From an uncultured Spirochaetaceae bacterium (GTDB taxonomy: Bacteria; Spirochaetota; Spirochaetia; SZUA-6; RPPD01): a stretch of DNA of 64,000 nt. The position numbers were made by a program, and so were the translations under genes. Positions within the stretch are counted from its first letter, which is position 1. Every line of letters starts with the position of its first letter. The stretch lies in assembly GCA_964638895.1 (NCBI GenBank), contig CAZWYY010000009.1, positions 10,679 to 74,678 on the forward strand, given 5' to 3'. Shown here in pieces: positions 19,279 through 29,552 of the stretch. Under the pieces are notes generated by a model, which had not been told where the DNA came from, searched no databases, and saw nothing but the letters and a program-made list of their open reading frames with translations.

Positions 19279-19776
19279 ATGAATGAAACGGAAAAAGTAA
19301 ATCCGATACTGGATTATAAGAATATAGTGCGGCGACTAAAGGAGACAATAGGATGCACCGCGGGCGAAGCAATGGACTTTCGGCCCAAAGATGATTACTG
19401 GACCATCAGGGAGCATATCGCCCATATTATGGATTGTGAAATCTTCGGATTCACCAGATACCGGAAATCAATCGCAGAACCTAATACCACGGTTGAAGGA
19501 TTTAATCAGGAACACTGGCAAGCGAACCTTGATTATCGGATTATGGATATTTCAAAAGCAATGCGGATAATCGAAACACTTAACTACATAACGACCGATC
19601 ATCTTTTAACAATCACGAGCAAAAATTGGGACTCCTATTACATCGAACATCCCAAAAGAGGCAATGAGAATCTTTCTAAATTGATAAACAGAAGAATATC
19701 GCATATCAAAGAGCATATCGGATATATAAACAGAAATAAAGCTCTGTTTGATGATAAGGGACGGTTTGTATCGTGA
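19279..19776 (+). CDS. DinB/YfiT-family protein
   Basis: RP..DYWTIREHIAHIMDCE, HPKRG, HIKEHIGYI. Confidence 0.85.
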   Translation: MNETEKVNPILDYKNIVRRLKETIGCTAGEAMDFRPKDDYWTIREHIAHIMDCEIFGFTRYRKSIAEPNTTVEGFNQEHWQANLDYRIMDISKAMRIIETLNYITTDHLLTITSKNWDSYYIEHPKRGNENLSKLINRRISHIKEHIGYINRNKALFDDKGRFVS

Positions 19777-20360
19777 ACTTAGGCATTTTGGCCTCACATA
19801 ACGGAACAAACGCCCAGGCGGTAATAGACGCATTTAAACAGGGAAAAACAAAGGCAAAGGTTACCGTCATCATAAGCAACAATTCCAACGCCGGGGTGCT
19901 TGAAAGGGCTGAAAAGGAACACATACCTCATTATCATTTAAGCCGGCAAACGCACCCTGATCCAAACGTATTAGATGAAATAATCCTTAATACATTGATA
20001 AAACATAATGTTGAGCTGGTATTATTGGCCGGGTATATGAAAAAGCTGGGAAGTAAAACCCTGGCATACTACAAGAACAGAATAATAAACATACATCCGG
20101 CGCTCCTGCCTAAATACGGCGGCAAGGGTATGTACGGCTTGAACGTACACAAAGCGGTCATCAAAAACAAGGAAAAAGAAACGGGCATAACCATTCATAT
20201 TGTTGACGGGGAATACGATCATGGAAAAATAATTAATCAAATGAGGATTCCCATAAAGAGCGATGAAACACCCGAAAGCCTGCAGAAAAGGGTGCTGGAA
20301 TACGAACATACATATCTAGTTGAGACATTAAACAAATTACAAAATGTTTTTAAATTATAA
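19773..20360 (+). CDS. purN: Phosphoribosylglycinamide formyltransferase
   Basis: ILASHNGTNAQA, LAGYMKKL, INIHPALLPKYGG.G, ETGITIH.VD.EYDHG.II. Confidence 0.9.
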   Translation: MNLGILASHNGTNAQAVIDAFKQGKTKAKVTVIISNNSNAGVLERAEKEHIPHYHLSRQTHPDPNVLDEIILNTLIKHNVELVLLAGYMKKLGSKTLAYYKNRIINIHPALLPKYGGKGMYGLNVHKAVIKNKEKETGITIHIVDGEYDHGKIINQMRIPIKSDETPESLQKRVLEYEHTYLVETLNKLQNVFKL

Positions 20361-20379
20361 ATTATAATGGAGGTATAAA

Positions 20380-21024
20380 ATGTCTCAATTCGCTAAACCA
20401 GCCGGCTTATTTGGAAGAGTCCTTGCAAAAGGGATGGCTTGGGGGCATAGAGATTTTTATAAAAATACTGCTCAAGTATTAGATTTGAAAACAGATGATA
20501 AATATCTTGAAGTAGGATTCGGGTCCGGTATTTTTATAAATAAATATGTTTCGCATGTATCATTAATAGCAGGAATTGATTATTCAGCAGATATGGTTGG
20601 ATTGGCTTGTGAAATAAATAAGGCGCTTGTTCAATCAGGAAAGACAGATCTCAGACATGGAGAAGTATCATCCTTACCATGGGATGATAACACATTCTCT
20701 GTTGTCGTAGCAATTGAGACTTTTTTTTTCTGGCCTGAACCGGATAAAGCATTAAGAGAAATATTACGTGTATTAATACCCGGCGGCAGGTTGGTTATTG
20801 AAATGGCATACAATAAAGAAGATGGATTGGATCATACTAAAGATATAAAAAAAATGAATTTAAAATTATATAGTTCCGAGGAAATAACAAGCTTGTTAAT
20901 AAATTGTGGATTTATTAATATAAGTATAAAATACTATAAAGGATTTTGGTTGCCATTTAAAGGATATGTGGTTCCTAAGGGAATGATAGTAAAAGCAATA
21001 AGGGGTAAGGGCCTAAATACTTGA
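20380..21024 (+). CDS. Class I SAM-dependent methyltransferase
   Basis: LEVGFGSG, GIDYSADM, LPWDDNTFS, LREILRVLIPGGRL. Confidence 0.9.
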   Translation: MSQFAKPAGLFGRVLAKGMAWGHRDFYKNTAQVLDLKTDDKYLEVGFGSGIFINKYVSHVSLIAGIDYSADMVGLACEINKALVQSGKTDLRHGEVSSLPWDDNTFSVVVAIETFFFWPEPDKALREILRVLIPGGRLVIEMAYNKEDGLDHTKDIKKMNLKLYSSEEITSLLINCGFINISIKYYKGFWLPFKGYVVPKGMIVKAIRGKGLNT

Positions 21025-21134
21025 AGATTCGGTTGCGATTTAAATACCTAGCCCGGTGCGCAATGATAATCTTAAATATATAAATCAAAAAGATTATTAC
21101 ACTATACAAATTATGAAATAGAAGATTCCCAAAA

Positions 21135-21437
21135 ATGGAAATAGGAATTATATTTCTTGAATCATTCAATAAACTGAATAATGCGATTACAAGTATTTCA
21201 AAAAAATTACTTAAAAGACCGACACATGGATTGAGATTTATTTCGTTCGAAGATGATTTTCCATTTGAAATTTGTAATGAGTTTAAAAAGCATAAATTGA
21301 TTCCGATAATTACCTGGGAATTCTTTTTCCCATCTTTAGATGGTCATAATAGGCGCAAATGTTCAAGAGAAGAAACTCATTTAATAGAATTGCTTGAAGG
21401 GAAATATGATACTCATTACCATCCAAAAAGACTTTAA
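21135..21437 (+). pseudogene. Truncated glycoside hydrolase family 26-like N-terminal fragment
   Basis: IPIITWE...LLEGKYD motif typical of the GH26 N-terminal half; ends before the catalytic acid/base region. Confidence 0.45.
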
Positions 21438-21485
21438 AAATAAATTGCATCCCCCGGAACTACCCCAATATATTGAGGCGCAAGT

Positions 21486-22267
21486 ATGTATAAAGTAAAA
21501 GACTACTGGAAAAATTATATGGAGAAATGGTTCGGTTCCGACTTAATCAGCGAGTGGAGCAGATATTGCAAAGAGGAAACCATGCAGTCAAACAATGAAA
21601 AATTACATCTGGAGACCTATGTAAATAGAGAAGACAAGCCCACTCTCATTTTTTCACATGGCATTGCCGGTTATGGAAGGGTTTTATTACCATTTGTTAT
21701 GCCCCTTTTAAAAAAGGAATCAACATAATCTGCCCCGATCTAAAAGGCTATGGATATAACACCCACAGAAAAGGCGATTTTACATGGAACCGGCACGTGA
21801 ATAATCTGAAAGACACGGTTGCATATGCAAAGCGGTATTTCAGCGGACCTGTATTTCTTGGGGGAGCAAGCATGGGAGGGCCTCTTGCGTATGAAGCAGC
21901 CTCGCAAATCGATATTATTGATGGTTTGGTATGTTGGTGCCTATGGGAATTAAGCGATAGAGAATATATTGAGAATGAAACATCATTGAAAAAGGCCGGT
22001 TACTTTTTGTTGCCCTTTTTACGGTTCATTAATCTGATATTCGGCTTTGTAAGAATAAGAACCTATTCAATTATTTCTTATAACACACTGACTGCGGTTC
22101 CCGAGTTTAATTCAATGGTAAAAGAAGATCCCCAGGCCGGGACTTTAATCAGTATCAGAGGCGCATTGAGTCTTCTGTTGGAGAGTAAACCCACATTGTG
22201 TTATGAACAATGGAGTAAACAAGTTTATAAATTTATTTTGCGCGTCACTTCAAGTGGAAGGGTGTAG
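21486..22267 (+). pseudogene. Alpha/beta hydrolase (lysophospholipase-like), frameshifted and C-terminally truncated
   Basis: FSHGIAGYG in the first ORF; frameshift at the T/A run near 21710; NIICPDLKGYG and nucleophile elbow GASMGG in the second frame. Confidence 0.8.
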
Positions 22268-22475
22268 CCGGTTTCGGCAAGCCGTGGAATGTTGAACGCA
22301 ACGCAATTGAAACATAGGTTTTAAAATACTAGAGGAGGATTTATGTTTGGATTTAACTCATCAGAAGGCTATCATGATATACTTGGTTATTCAGATTACA
22401 CCGTAACTTTTCAGGGCTATCCGGTGATGGCCTTCGGCGTTTTTAAACAAAATTCTTAATATTCACTTTGGTTTA

Positions 22476-24209
22476 TTGATTTTTTTATTGAAATCAGCCA
22501 TAATAATTTCGATTTTATTGAGAAGAAAATATATTTTATTTATAATCTGTATCCTCTTTATTAATAATCTGCTTCTGTCGGCGATTATTACCTACAATCT
22601 GATTTCTTTAAATATCAATGAAAAGATAAACGATATTATGATCATCACGGAAATCATAAAACAGAAATACACGGACACCTCTATCGAATGGGAGAGTGAA
22701 AAAATATTACAGGAAGATTTTAAAAAAATACAGGCTGTGGGAAATATAAATTTTATCGCCGTTACAAACGGATCCATGGATGTTATTCACGGCATTAATG
22801 CGGAAGGGATCACAAAATATAAAAAAACGCTCCGGCTCGACAATAAAAAGACAACCTACTCTCTTAATCGGGATCTTGCCATCATCGCCGTGCCCGTATA
22901 TTACCTGTCGTGGATTAAAGGCTACATTATCATCGGTTATTCGCTTGAATTGTTTTACAATCAGGTCGCACAAACCATTCTCATCTGCGCAGCGGTTTTC
23001 CTGATGATCATGCTGGTTGTGATCGGAATTTCCTCTTTTTTCATCAATAAACAGATAAAAACGGTTCTGCATGTCACTTCTTTTATGGAGTATTCACTAG
23101 GTAAAGGGGATTTAACAAAGGAAATCAATACGCATGCCAGGGATGAAATAGGAGCACTCGCCAAAAACATCAACAACCTCTCTAAAACCCTGCGCAGCAT
23201 GATACTGAATATTAAGGATATTTCATCCGGAAGCCTGGAAATAGGCAAAAAACTCAAATCGGTCTCGCTTGATACCACCGAGGAAATAAAACATATCACG
23301 GGAATCCTAAACGATAACAGCAGTAATCTTAAAGATCTGCACAGCGACATCAAAGGTTCGGCGGAAGCCATCAACAATATCTATACCTCACTTAAAGAAA
23401 TCATAGATTCCATGTTCACCCAATCGGAAGCACTCAATCAGTCATCCTCCGCAGTTGATGAAATATCCGCTTCCATAAGAAACATAACCGACATAGTGCG
23501 GGCGAAAAATGAACTCTCGCATAATCTTTCACAAAAGGCCGAATTAGGACTCGCAATAATGGAAAAATCAGTGGATTCAATGGATAAAATCTCAAAATTT
23601 ACAAACTCCATGATTGAGACAATCGAAGTGATTAATGCGATTGTGCAAAATACGGACCTCTTGGCCATGAACGCCGCGATTGAAGCGGCGCATGCCGGCG
23701 AGGCGGGGAAAGGTTTTGCCGTAGTCGCAGATGAGATAAAAAAACTTTCGGATCAGACCGCAGCCCATGCGCAATATATTGGGGATTCGCTTAATAGGAC
23801 CGTAAGCGACATCAAGCAAGCGGATACACTTAACAAGGAGGCGGCCACATACTTTATGGAGTTGGCGGAGGGAATAAGAGAAATACATAAATCCATGGAG
23901 GAAACTTCGCACGGGATGAATGAACTCCTTGCTTCAAGTGATGAGATCGTCAAAGCCCTGGGCTCACTGCTTGCAGTTACCGGAGATATTAAAACTAAAA
24001 CAGCAAGTATGAACCAGGACACGGACGCGATCAACAAAAGCATACAGCAGATATCATCCGTATCTTCCAGCACTCTGGAACAAATATATGAGGTAACAGG
24101 CAGTGCAAGCCAAATTTCGCACACTATTGAATCACTTGCGGAAATCGGACAAAACAATGAACAGAGCATTGTAAAGTTAAATAATGAGTTGAATAATTTC
24201 AAAACATGA
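22476..24209 (+). CDS. Methyl-accepting chemotaxis protein
   Basis: Two TM segments, HAMP (GDLT...RDEIGALA), signalling hairpin [33 protein letters not shown]; true start may be the TTG near 22518. Confidence 0.93.
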   Translation: MIFLLKSAIIISILLRRKYILFIICILFINNLLLSAIITYNLISLNINEKINDIMIITEIIKQKYTDTSIEWESEKILQEDFKKIQAVGNINFIAVTNGSMDVIHGINAEGITKYKKTLRLDNKKTTYSLNRDLAIIAVPVYYLSWIKGYIIIGYSLELFYNQVAQTILICAAVFLMIMLVVIGISSFFINKQIKTVLHVTSFMEYSLGKGDLTKEINTHARDEIGALAKNINNLSKTLRSMILNIKDISSGSLEIGKKLKSVSLDTTEEIKHITGILNDNSSNLKDLHSDIKGSAEAINNIYTSLKEIIDSMFTQSEALNQSSSAVDEISASIRNITDIVRAKNELSHNLSQKAELGLAIMEKSVDSMDKISKFTNSMIETIEVINAIVQNTDLLAMNAAIEAAHAGEAGKGFAVVADEIKKLSDQTAAHAQYIGDSLNRTVSDIKQADTLNKEAATYFMELAEGIREIHKSMEETSHGMNELLASSDEIVKALGSLLAVTGDIKTKTASMNQDTDAINKSIQQISSVSSSTLEQIYEVTGSASQISHTIESLAEIGQNNEQSIVKLNNELNNFKT

Positions 24210-24258
24210 AAACTTGGTGGCAGAATTATTTCTTGTAATGTAAAAAGGAGGATGTTTC

Positions 24259-24729
24259 ATGTCCGATTACCCCGGTGAGCGGCCGGATACCGATATCAGC
24301 GGCCTGGAGCCTGAAGCCGCCAAAGAATACGTACTGGCCTTTATTTCCAGCCTGAAGACCACCCGGAGGCAGAAGCAGGCGGCCCTGGAGGAAAAAAAGC
24401 TCTGGCAGGACCGCGTGCGCCTGGCCGAACAAAAGCAGGAGGCACTGCTGGCCGAAAAGGCGCGCGGCAAGTTGGCCGAGGTGCAGGCCAAGATAGACAC
24501 GCTGGAAGGCGAGGAGCGGGAGCTGGCCCCCAAGGTTGATGTGTTAAAGGAACAGTTACTTAAATTGGTGCGCTCGCCCCGGATGAGCGTGGACGCCGAG
24601 GCCCTGCTGGCCCAGCTGCAAATGCTGGTGGGCGAGCCGGATACGCTTTCACGGAAGTTCAAGGATGAAGAGGCGAACGCGGAGCTGGAAAAGCTGAAGA
24701 AAAATATGCAGGGCGGGGACCAGGAATAA
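24259..24729 (+). CDS. PspA/IM30-like coiled-coil protein
   Basis: KLWQDRVRLAEQKQEALLAEKAR, C-terminal EANAELEKLKK; strong AAGGAGG RBS. Confidence 0.65.
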   Translation: MSDYPGERPDTDISGLEPEAAKEYVLAFISSLKTTRRQKQAALEEKKLWQDRVRLAEQKQEALLAEKARGKLAEVQAKIDTLEGEERELAPKVDVLKEQLLKLVRSPRMSVDAEALLAQLQMLVGEPDTLSRKFKDEEANAELEKLKKNMQGGDQE

Positions 24730-24738
24730 TGAACGCCC

Positions 24739-26226
24739 CTATTTCACGCCCGCGGCCAGGGCCTTGCCTAGTTCCTTGCCTAGCTGCTTGAAGGCCGCGC
24801 TGCGTGCGCTCTGGGCGCTGTTACCCAGACCGCTTTTGCTCATGCTTTTTTCAAACAAAATGTCCCCGGTGGCCAGGTCCACCACCTTCACACTTCCCGT
24901 TGCCTTGACAATATATTTTGAGCCGCTTTTTTCCGCCTCGCCGGCCTGGGCGCTGCCGTACACCGCGCGCTCCACGCCCCCGGCGTTCTTTTTAAGCAGC
25001 GCAAGGGCCTGGTTGTCCGCTTTAAAAAGGATAAGCGAGGATTTTAAGGGCATGGTCTTGATGGCAAACCCGTTCCGGGTGAGTACTTCCATAATGCCGG
25101 CGGCGGTCTGCCCGCTTCCTTCAATATACTGGGAGTTGGTGTCAAGGTCGGCCACCACAATGCCCATGGGCACGTCCGCGGCCCGCGAAACAACGGTAAA
25201 ATCAAACACCATCCGCCTGGTTAAAAACAGCCGTTTTAAACCGTCAACCTTGGCCCTGTACTTGGCGGGCATATCGTCCAGTTTTTTCAGGTAGGATTCC
25301 AGTGAAAGCGTCACCACAACGTTTTCCCCGCCCACAAATTTGCACACTGGATGAATAAAATCCGCGTTGCCCGAGGCGTCTGTTTTTATAACAGAGGTCT
25401 CGGTGCGTTTTTTATTGTTCTGCAGTTTTTTATAGGCGAACTGCAGGGCCACCTTACTCACCCCGCGGGTATCGGCCGCGGGCCCGGCCGCCACTTTGAT
25501 CTTAAACGGCTCTTTTATTTCAGCACCCACGTAGAACGTCAGGTTGTTGTTAAGCGCGAAAAAATTGATGCGCTCAAGCGCGCGCATGGCGTTGTCGATA
25601 TTACGGTTTACATAGATGTCCTTGTTCTCAAGGTCGGATTCGGCCGCGGCCAGGGTTGCCTGCAAAAAACGCACCACCGCCTCATAGTAGTTTCCCTGCC
25701 GGTAAAACTCGTCCCCCTCCCGCTCTGGCACGGCCACTGCGTCTATGGTTTCCTGGAACAGTTTTTCCAGGCGGGCCTTTTCTTTTAACAGGTCCTCCTT
25801 GTTGTAGCGCGCCAGGATATACACTGTTACCCCCGTGTCCATGGTCTGGATCCACCTGTGCACGATCTGGAAACCGGTAACACGCGCGCCGCCGCTTTGG
25901 GTCACGTTCTTGCGCAGCAGGGACTCAAAGGAATCGGCCGTAGCCACGGCCTCGGTGCTGACCTCGGAGTGGACCCGCACGCCCGTAAAGCGCATAATGC
26001 CGCTTACCAGGTCTTGGGTGGCCAGTTCGCGGGCCCTGGTTGTGTTTTTCTCGGCGTCAAAGCCCTGTCCCGAGAAATACACAAACTCCGCGCTGTCCGC
26101 GGGAGGATTTTTTACCCAGTCCGGAAGCCCGCTTCCGCTCTGTTCCGAGGCGTCATCCGCCCATACGGAAAAGACGCATACGCAGAAAATTAAAAAAGCA
26201 CATAGAAGGATTTTATCCCTTACCAT
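24739..26226 (-). CDS. Exported LPP20-domain protein with TPR-like helix, Ig-like and C-terminal alpha/beta domains
   Basis: Signal peptide (..FSVWA), LPDWVKNPP..EFVYFSGQG...ARELA..DL (LPP20-like), VYILARY. Confidence 0.7.
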   Translation of the reverse strand: MVRDKILLCAFLIFCVCVFSVWADDASEQSGSGLPDWVKNPPADSAEFVYFSGQGFDAEKNTTRARELATQDLVSGIMRFTGVRVHSEVSTEAVATADSFESLLRKNVTQSGGARVTGFQIVHRWIQTMDTGVTVYILARYNKEDLLKEKARLEKLFQETIDAVAVPEREGDEFYRQGNYYEAVVRFLQATLAAAESDLENKDIYVNRNIDNAMRALERINFFALNNNLTFYVGAEIKEPFKIKVAAGPAADTRGVSKVALQFAYKKLQNNKKRTETSVIKTDASGNADFIHPVCKFVGGENVVVTLSLESYLKKLDDMPAKYRAKVDGLKRLFLTRRMVFDFTVVSRAADVPMGIVVADLDTNSQYIEGSGQTAAGIMEVLTRNGFAIKTMPLKSSLILFKADNQALALLKKNAGGVERAVYGSAQAGEAEKSGSKYIVKATGSVKVVDLATGDILFEKSMSKSGLGNSAQSARSAAFKQLGKELGKALAAGVK

Positions 26227-26278
26227 GATCCACTCCTTTTAACATTCCAACCTTATATAGCTCACGAATGCGCACGCG

Positions 26279-26371
26279 AACACAGATTCCGCAGATTTTA
26301 AAAGATTTCACGTATTTTTCTTGTTCTATTTTAATCTGCGTAATCCTTTATAATCAGCGTAATCTGCGGTT
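26279..26371. repeat. Imperfect inverted repeat built from 9-10-nt ...GATT units
   Basis: Left arm aacacagatt-ccgcagatt-ttaaaagatt-tcacgtatt; reverse complement of right arm aaccgcagatt-acgctgatt-ataaaggatt-acgcagatt; 16-nt T-rich loop. Confidence 0.7.
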
Positions 26372-26477
26372 TAATGTTCCGGTAATCTATGACAAACCAC
26401 AGGCCTATAATCTGTATTCCTCTCCCTGTTTGAGCGTGTTTCTCCGTAAGCCGTAAATCCCACGCCCCTCTAAAACC

Positions 26478-26509
26478 ATGTACCCGGGGGCCAAGGCCCC
26501 CAGGTACAT
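26478..26509 (-). terminator. Stem-loop, probable intrinsic terminator after the lipoprotein gene
   Basis: Minus strand ATGTACCTGGGGGCC-TT-GGCCCCCGGGTACAT (its one mismatch is a G-U pair on this strand), followed by GGTTTT. Confidence 0.65.
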
Positions 26510-26548
26510 ATTATGGTTGTCTAATTGATGATTCGGAATCTGCCCGCC

Positions 26549-27193
26549 TTATTCAAGATCCTTCATGGCGTCCTTTACCAGATCCTGGGCGCGTACTTCT
26601 TCTTCGGATTTGGGCTTGTTCCCGGAAAAGGCCCTAGCAATAGCGGCCTTTATTTCGGATTCAGGAACCCTGACCAACAGGTAATACTCGTAGACGTCTT
26701 TGTCCGTGGAACCGTCGTTCTTGAAATACCGTCTTTCGACCCAGTATTCATCGTACTTCTTGGCCCCGCCTACGCGTCCGTCCGCGATACTCTTTACGAC
26801 TTTTTCAAAGTACTGCTCGGCCTCGTCGGAACTGCCCACAAGGGCGCCGGCGTATTTGGACTGGATGCGCACCGAAACCATACGCGCAATCTGATCGTCT
26901 ATGCTGAAATTCTGGGCCTGGACCTTGGTCCCCTCCAGGTTTCTACCGCTAAAGCTTTCTTTGAATACATAATATCCTTTAAACTCCGGCAGTTCTTCAA
27001 TCTTGCCGACAGGCATTAACACCCACGAGGGAACTTCTCCCAATCCCGCGTATTGGTGAGTAAGAATCTGGGGCTCCGGCGGTTTCATCGTTGTGCTGGA
27101 TGTAGTGGTTGTTTCATTAGTTTTAGGAGTAGATTTACATCCCACAGCCACAATTAATAATACCAATAAAGGAATAACAAGATATTTCTTCAT
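26549..27193 (-). CDS. Lipoprotein, LPP20-like
   Basis: MKK plus hydrophobic core plus IVAVGC lipobox, Thr-rich tether, VPSWV, EYWVERRY, YEYYLLVRVP; AAAGGAGG RBS. Confidence 0.8.
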   Translation of the reverse strand: MKKYLVIPLLVLLIVAVGCKSTPKTNETTTTSSTTMKPPEPQILTHQYAGLGEVPSWVLMPVGKIEELPEFKGYYVFKESFSGRNLEGTKVQAQNFSIDDQIARMVSVRIQSKYAGALVGSSDEAEQYFEKVVKSIADGRVGGAKKYDEYWVERRYFKNDGSTDKDVYEYYLLVRVPESEIKAAIARAFSGNKPKSEEEVRAQDLVKDAMKDLE

Positions 27194-27236
27194 TCATATT
27201 CCTCCTTTAAAATAATTACTATCGAGGCAACGCCTC

Positions 27237-28118
27237 TTACAATCCGGTATTAAAGGTAAGGCTTTTTCTCCGTATGGAAACGGTTGCCATACCCTGTAAT
27301 CCGGGAATTGTCTTTGCCGCATCAAGTATAAGCTGCTCAAGCTCCTGGTTTGTCATTAATGCCCACACATAACACTTGGCCTGTTCTTCGGTCCGGTATA
27401 CGGTCTGCACGTCCTTTACCCTGCTTTTAAGCGAAGTAACGAAATCGGCGATAACCCCCGCGTCCCCGGCGCCGTCCAGAAAAACATCATATTTGATGCC
27501 CTTTTTCAGGGCTTTCTTCATGTAGTCCCTGGAGGTATTGATAATGTCCTGTATTATCCTTTTTACGCTCACCTCCACGGCGTTGATTTTGGCCTGTTCC
27601 GCGGACGAGGGGCTGAATGATTTTTCAGGCTGATTATAGGTCTTGGAGCCGATCACCCTTCCGGTTGAGGACTCAAAGGCCGTAAGCGTAATGCTGGCCT
27701 GAGCGTAATAGTTTTTTCTTTTGGTCTCGCTTGAGATGCGCAGGTTAAGGGTAACATACACATCCGCGTTCAGCTGCTGGGCCAGCCACTGTATCACGGA
27801 CATTTCCTCGCCGCTGCTTTCCTCGTATATTTTTTCCTGGTCCTGCTTTAATTTTTCAACCTCCTCCAGTAAGACGGCCTCCAGGCCGTGCGAGGTAAGG
27901 TAATCGTTGGCCACGGCAATGGCTTTTTTCAGCAAAAACTCGTTTTCCGGGGCCAGTTGGGTGTCTTCATCGATATATACCATATACACCAGGTTTTCCA
28001 GGTACCGGCTGATGAATTTCTCCTCATCGGCCGTCGTGCCGGAATCCGCGCGCAGTCCGCACAGGGGGAGGATCAGCAGCAACAAAGCGAAACACTGCGG
28101 CAAGGAACATCTCTTCAT
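27237..28118 (-). CDS. Exported protein resembling the DUF6175 family (TolB_N/FlgT-middle-like fold)
   Basis: Signal peptide, YMVY, LAQQLNADVYVT, ITLTAFESSTGRVIGS. Confidence 0.6.
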   Translation of the reverse strand: MKRCSLPQCFALLLLILPLCGLRADSGTTADEEKFISRYLENLVYMVYIDEDTQLAPENEFLLKKAIAVANDYLTSHGLEAVLLEEVEKLKQDQEKIYEESSGEEMSVIQWLAQQLNADVYVTLNLRISSETKRKNYYAQASITLTAFESSTGRVIGSKTYNQPEKSFSPSSAEQAKINAVEVSVKRIIQDIINTSRDYMKKALKKGIKYDVFLDGAGDAGVIADFVTSLKSRVKDVQTVYRTEEQAKCYVWALMTNQELEQLILDAAKTIPGLQGMATVSIRRKSLTFNTGL

Positions 28119-28137
28119 CCGTATCTCCTAAAAGACC

Positions 28138-29493
28138 TTAAAATTTTATCCCCACTCCCAGGCCCGCAACCCAACCCTCATAGTCGACGTATTTATCGCT
28201 TAGCGGGAACCATGCCTGGTAACCGAGGTCCAGGATGATTTTTACATCCCGCGTAATAAGATACCCTAAATTGGCAATACCCGCCAGCCCCAGGTACGAA
28301 AACTTAAAACCGTCCACCGTTGAGGAGGGGGATAGCGCGGTGATAACCTCGGCGCCCACCGCGACCATGCCGCTTAACTGGAACCTTCCCAGATATAGGT
28401 TAATATCAAGGCCGCCGTAAGCCCTGACCGGTAGAACGTTCTGCAGCCGTTCAAACGGGTAAAGCACAACCTCAAAACAAACCACCGGCTGGATGACAAA
28501 GAACCCCTTGGTTACCACGAACTTAAGGCCCGCCGCGCCGGTATAGGCGGAGTGGGTAAAGTCGATTTCGGTATGCATGTAAGGGATGATCTCCAACCCG
28601 GCCCGCGGTATCTCCTTTACGGGCATGCCCGCCAAGAGCGGCCCGTCCGCGTAGATAACCCTGCCGACGGAGATCTTGTCTTCTATATTATGAATGATGA
28701 TCAGCCCGCTTTCCCTGCTTTCGGCCTGTCCGTCGCCGTCCTCCTGATCGGAGCTTATAACGGCGTACTCGTCACCCACCGCCACTCCCTTCTCCCTACC
28801 CAGCCGGATGGCCACGTCCGGGTCCATCAGTTCCACGATCCGGTCTTCCAGGGAAAAGATATCCAGGCTGCGCACCTCATAGGTCAGCTGGATGGGGATG
28901 TCCTCAACCGCGTCATCCACGGCGCGGTCTTTGTCCGCGTCATAGCCCATGGATTCAAGCGGGATGTTGGCGATAACAGTGGCGTTTTCCGCGTTCACAA
29001 TGGTATAGGTAACGGTGATACCGACCTTGTAGTTGGTCTGCCCGCCCTGGTTGTTCAGTTCCTCGATGGTAAACGCGGTAAGCATGGGGATCACAATCAG
29101 ATACGATTTAAGAAGCAGGGTGAAATCCGCATGTGAAAACGAGGTTTCACCCACCTGCACCGTGTTCGGGACCTCGGTTTTTCCGCTTTCGAAAATCTTC
29201 AGTTTTTCCAAAAGCGGAGGAATATCCTGGTAGGAAAGCGCATACCCCAAGGGGACAAGATTGAAACGGGACAGTCCGGAGAATACCTGTTTGGCCTTTG
29301 TTTCAATCAAACCGAGCGGTTCCTTAACATCCCGTTCCGGGGCTGAAACATCGCCTACCGTTGTTTTCAGAATAATGATATTTTTTTCCACTGATGAAGA
29401 GGCCTGGGCATGAAGCAGATACTGAAAAAGGGAAAGAAAAAGCATACCCGCGATCGATATTTTGAGGTTTTTACACATATACATTACCCGCAC
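28138..29493 (-). CDS. Putative outer-membrane protein: CsgG/TolB_N-like plus FlgT_C-like domains and a C-terminal beta-barrel
   Basis: Signal peptide; VAIRLGREKGVAVGDEY (FlgT_C-like); amphipathic C-terminal strands ending in GLGVGIKF; start may be ATG 29484 or 29478. Confidence 0.6.
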   Translation of the reverse strand: MRVMYMCKNLKISIAGMLFLSLFQYLLHAQASSSVEKNIIILKTTVGDVSAPERDVKEPLGLIETKAKQVFSGLSRFNLVPLGYALSYQDIPPLLEKLKIFESGKTEVPNTVQVGETSFSHADFTLLLKSYLIVIPMLTAFTIEELNNQGGQTNYKVGITVTYTIVNAENATVIANIPLESMGYDADKDRAVDDAVEDIPIQLTYEVRSLDIFSLEDRIVELMDPDVAIRLGREKGVAVGDEYAVISSDQEDGDGQAESRESGLIIIHNIEDKISVGRVIYADGPLLAGMPVKEIPRAGLEIIPYMHTEIDFTHSAYTGAAGLKFVVTKGFFVIQPVVCFEVVLYPFERLQNVLPVRAYGGLDINLYLGRFQLSGMVAVGAEVITALSPSSTVDGFKFSYLGLAGIANLGYLITRDVKIILDLGYQAWFPLSDKYVDYEGWVAGLGVGIKF

Positions 29494-29507
29494 GACTTCA
29501 AGCTATA

Positions 29508-29536
29508 AATATAACGCGTCTCCTGTGGTTTTTCAA
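29508..29536 (-). promoter_or_regulatory. sigma70-type promoter for the exported-protein operon
   Basis: Minus strand TTGAAA-17 nt-TATATT. Confidence 0.55.
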
Positions 29537-29552
29537 ATTTTTGTCCATTATT

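Noticed and set aside
13289-24209. Integron cassette array
   Set aside because: Genes are cassette-like and co-oriented, but I found no repeated attC (RYYYAAC...GTTRRRY) structure and no intI; several genes overlap directly.
26268-26456. 62-aa ORF
   Set aside because: It is the translation of the palindromic repeat; no RBS.
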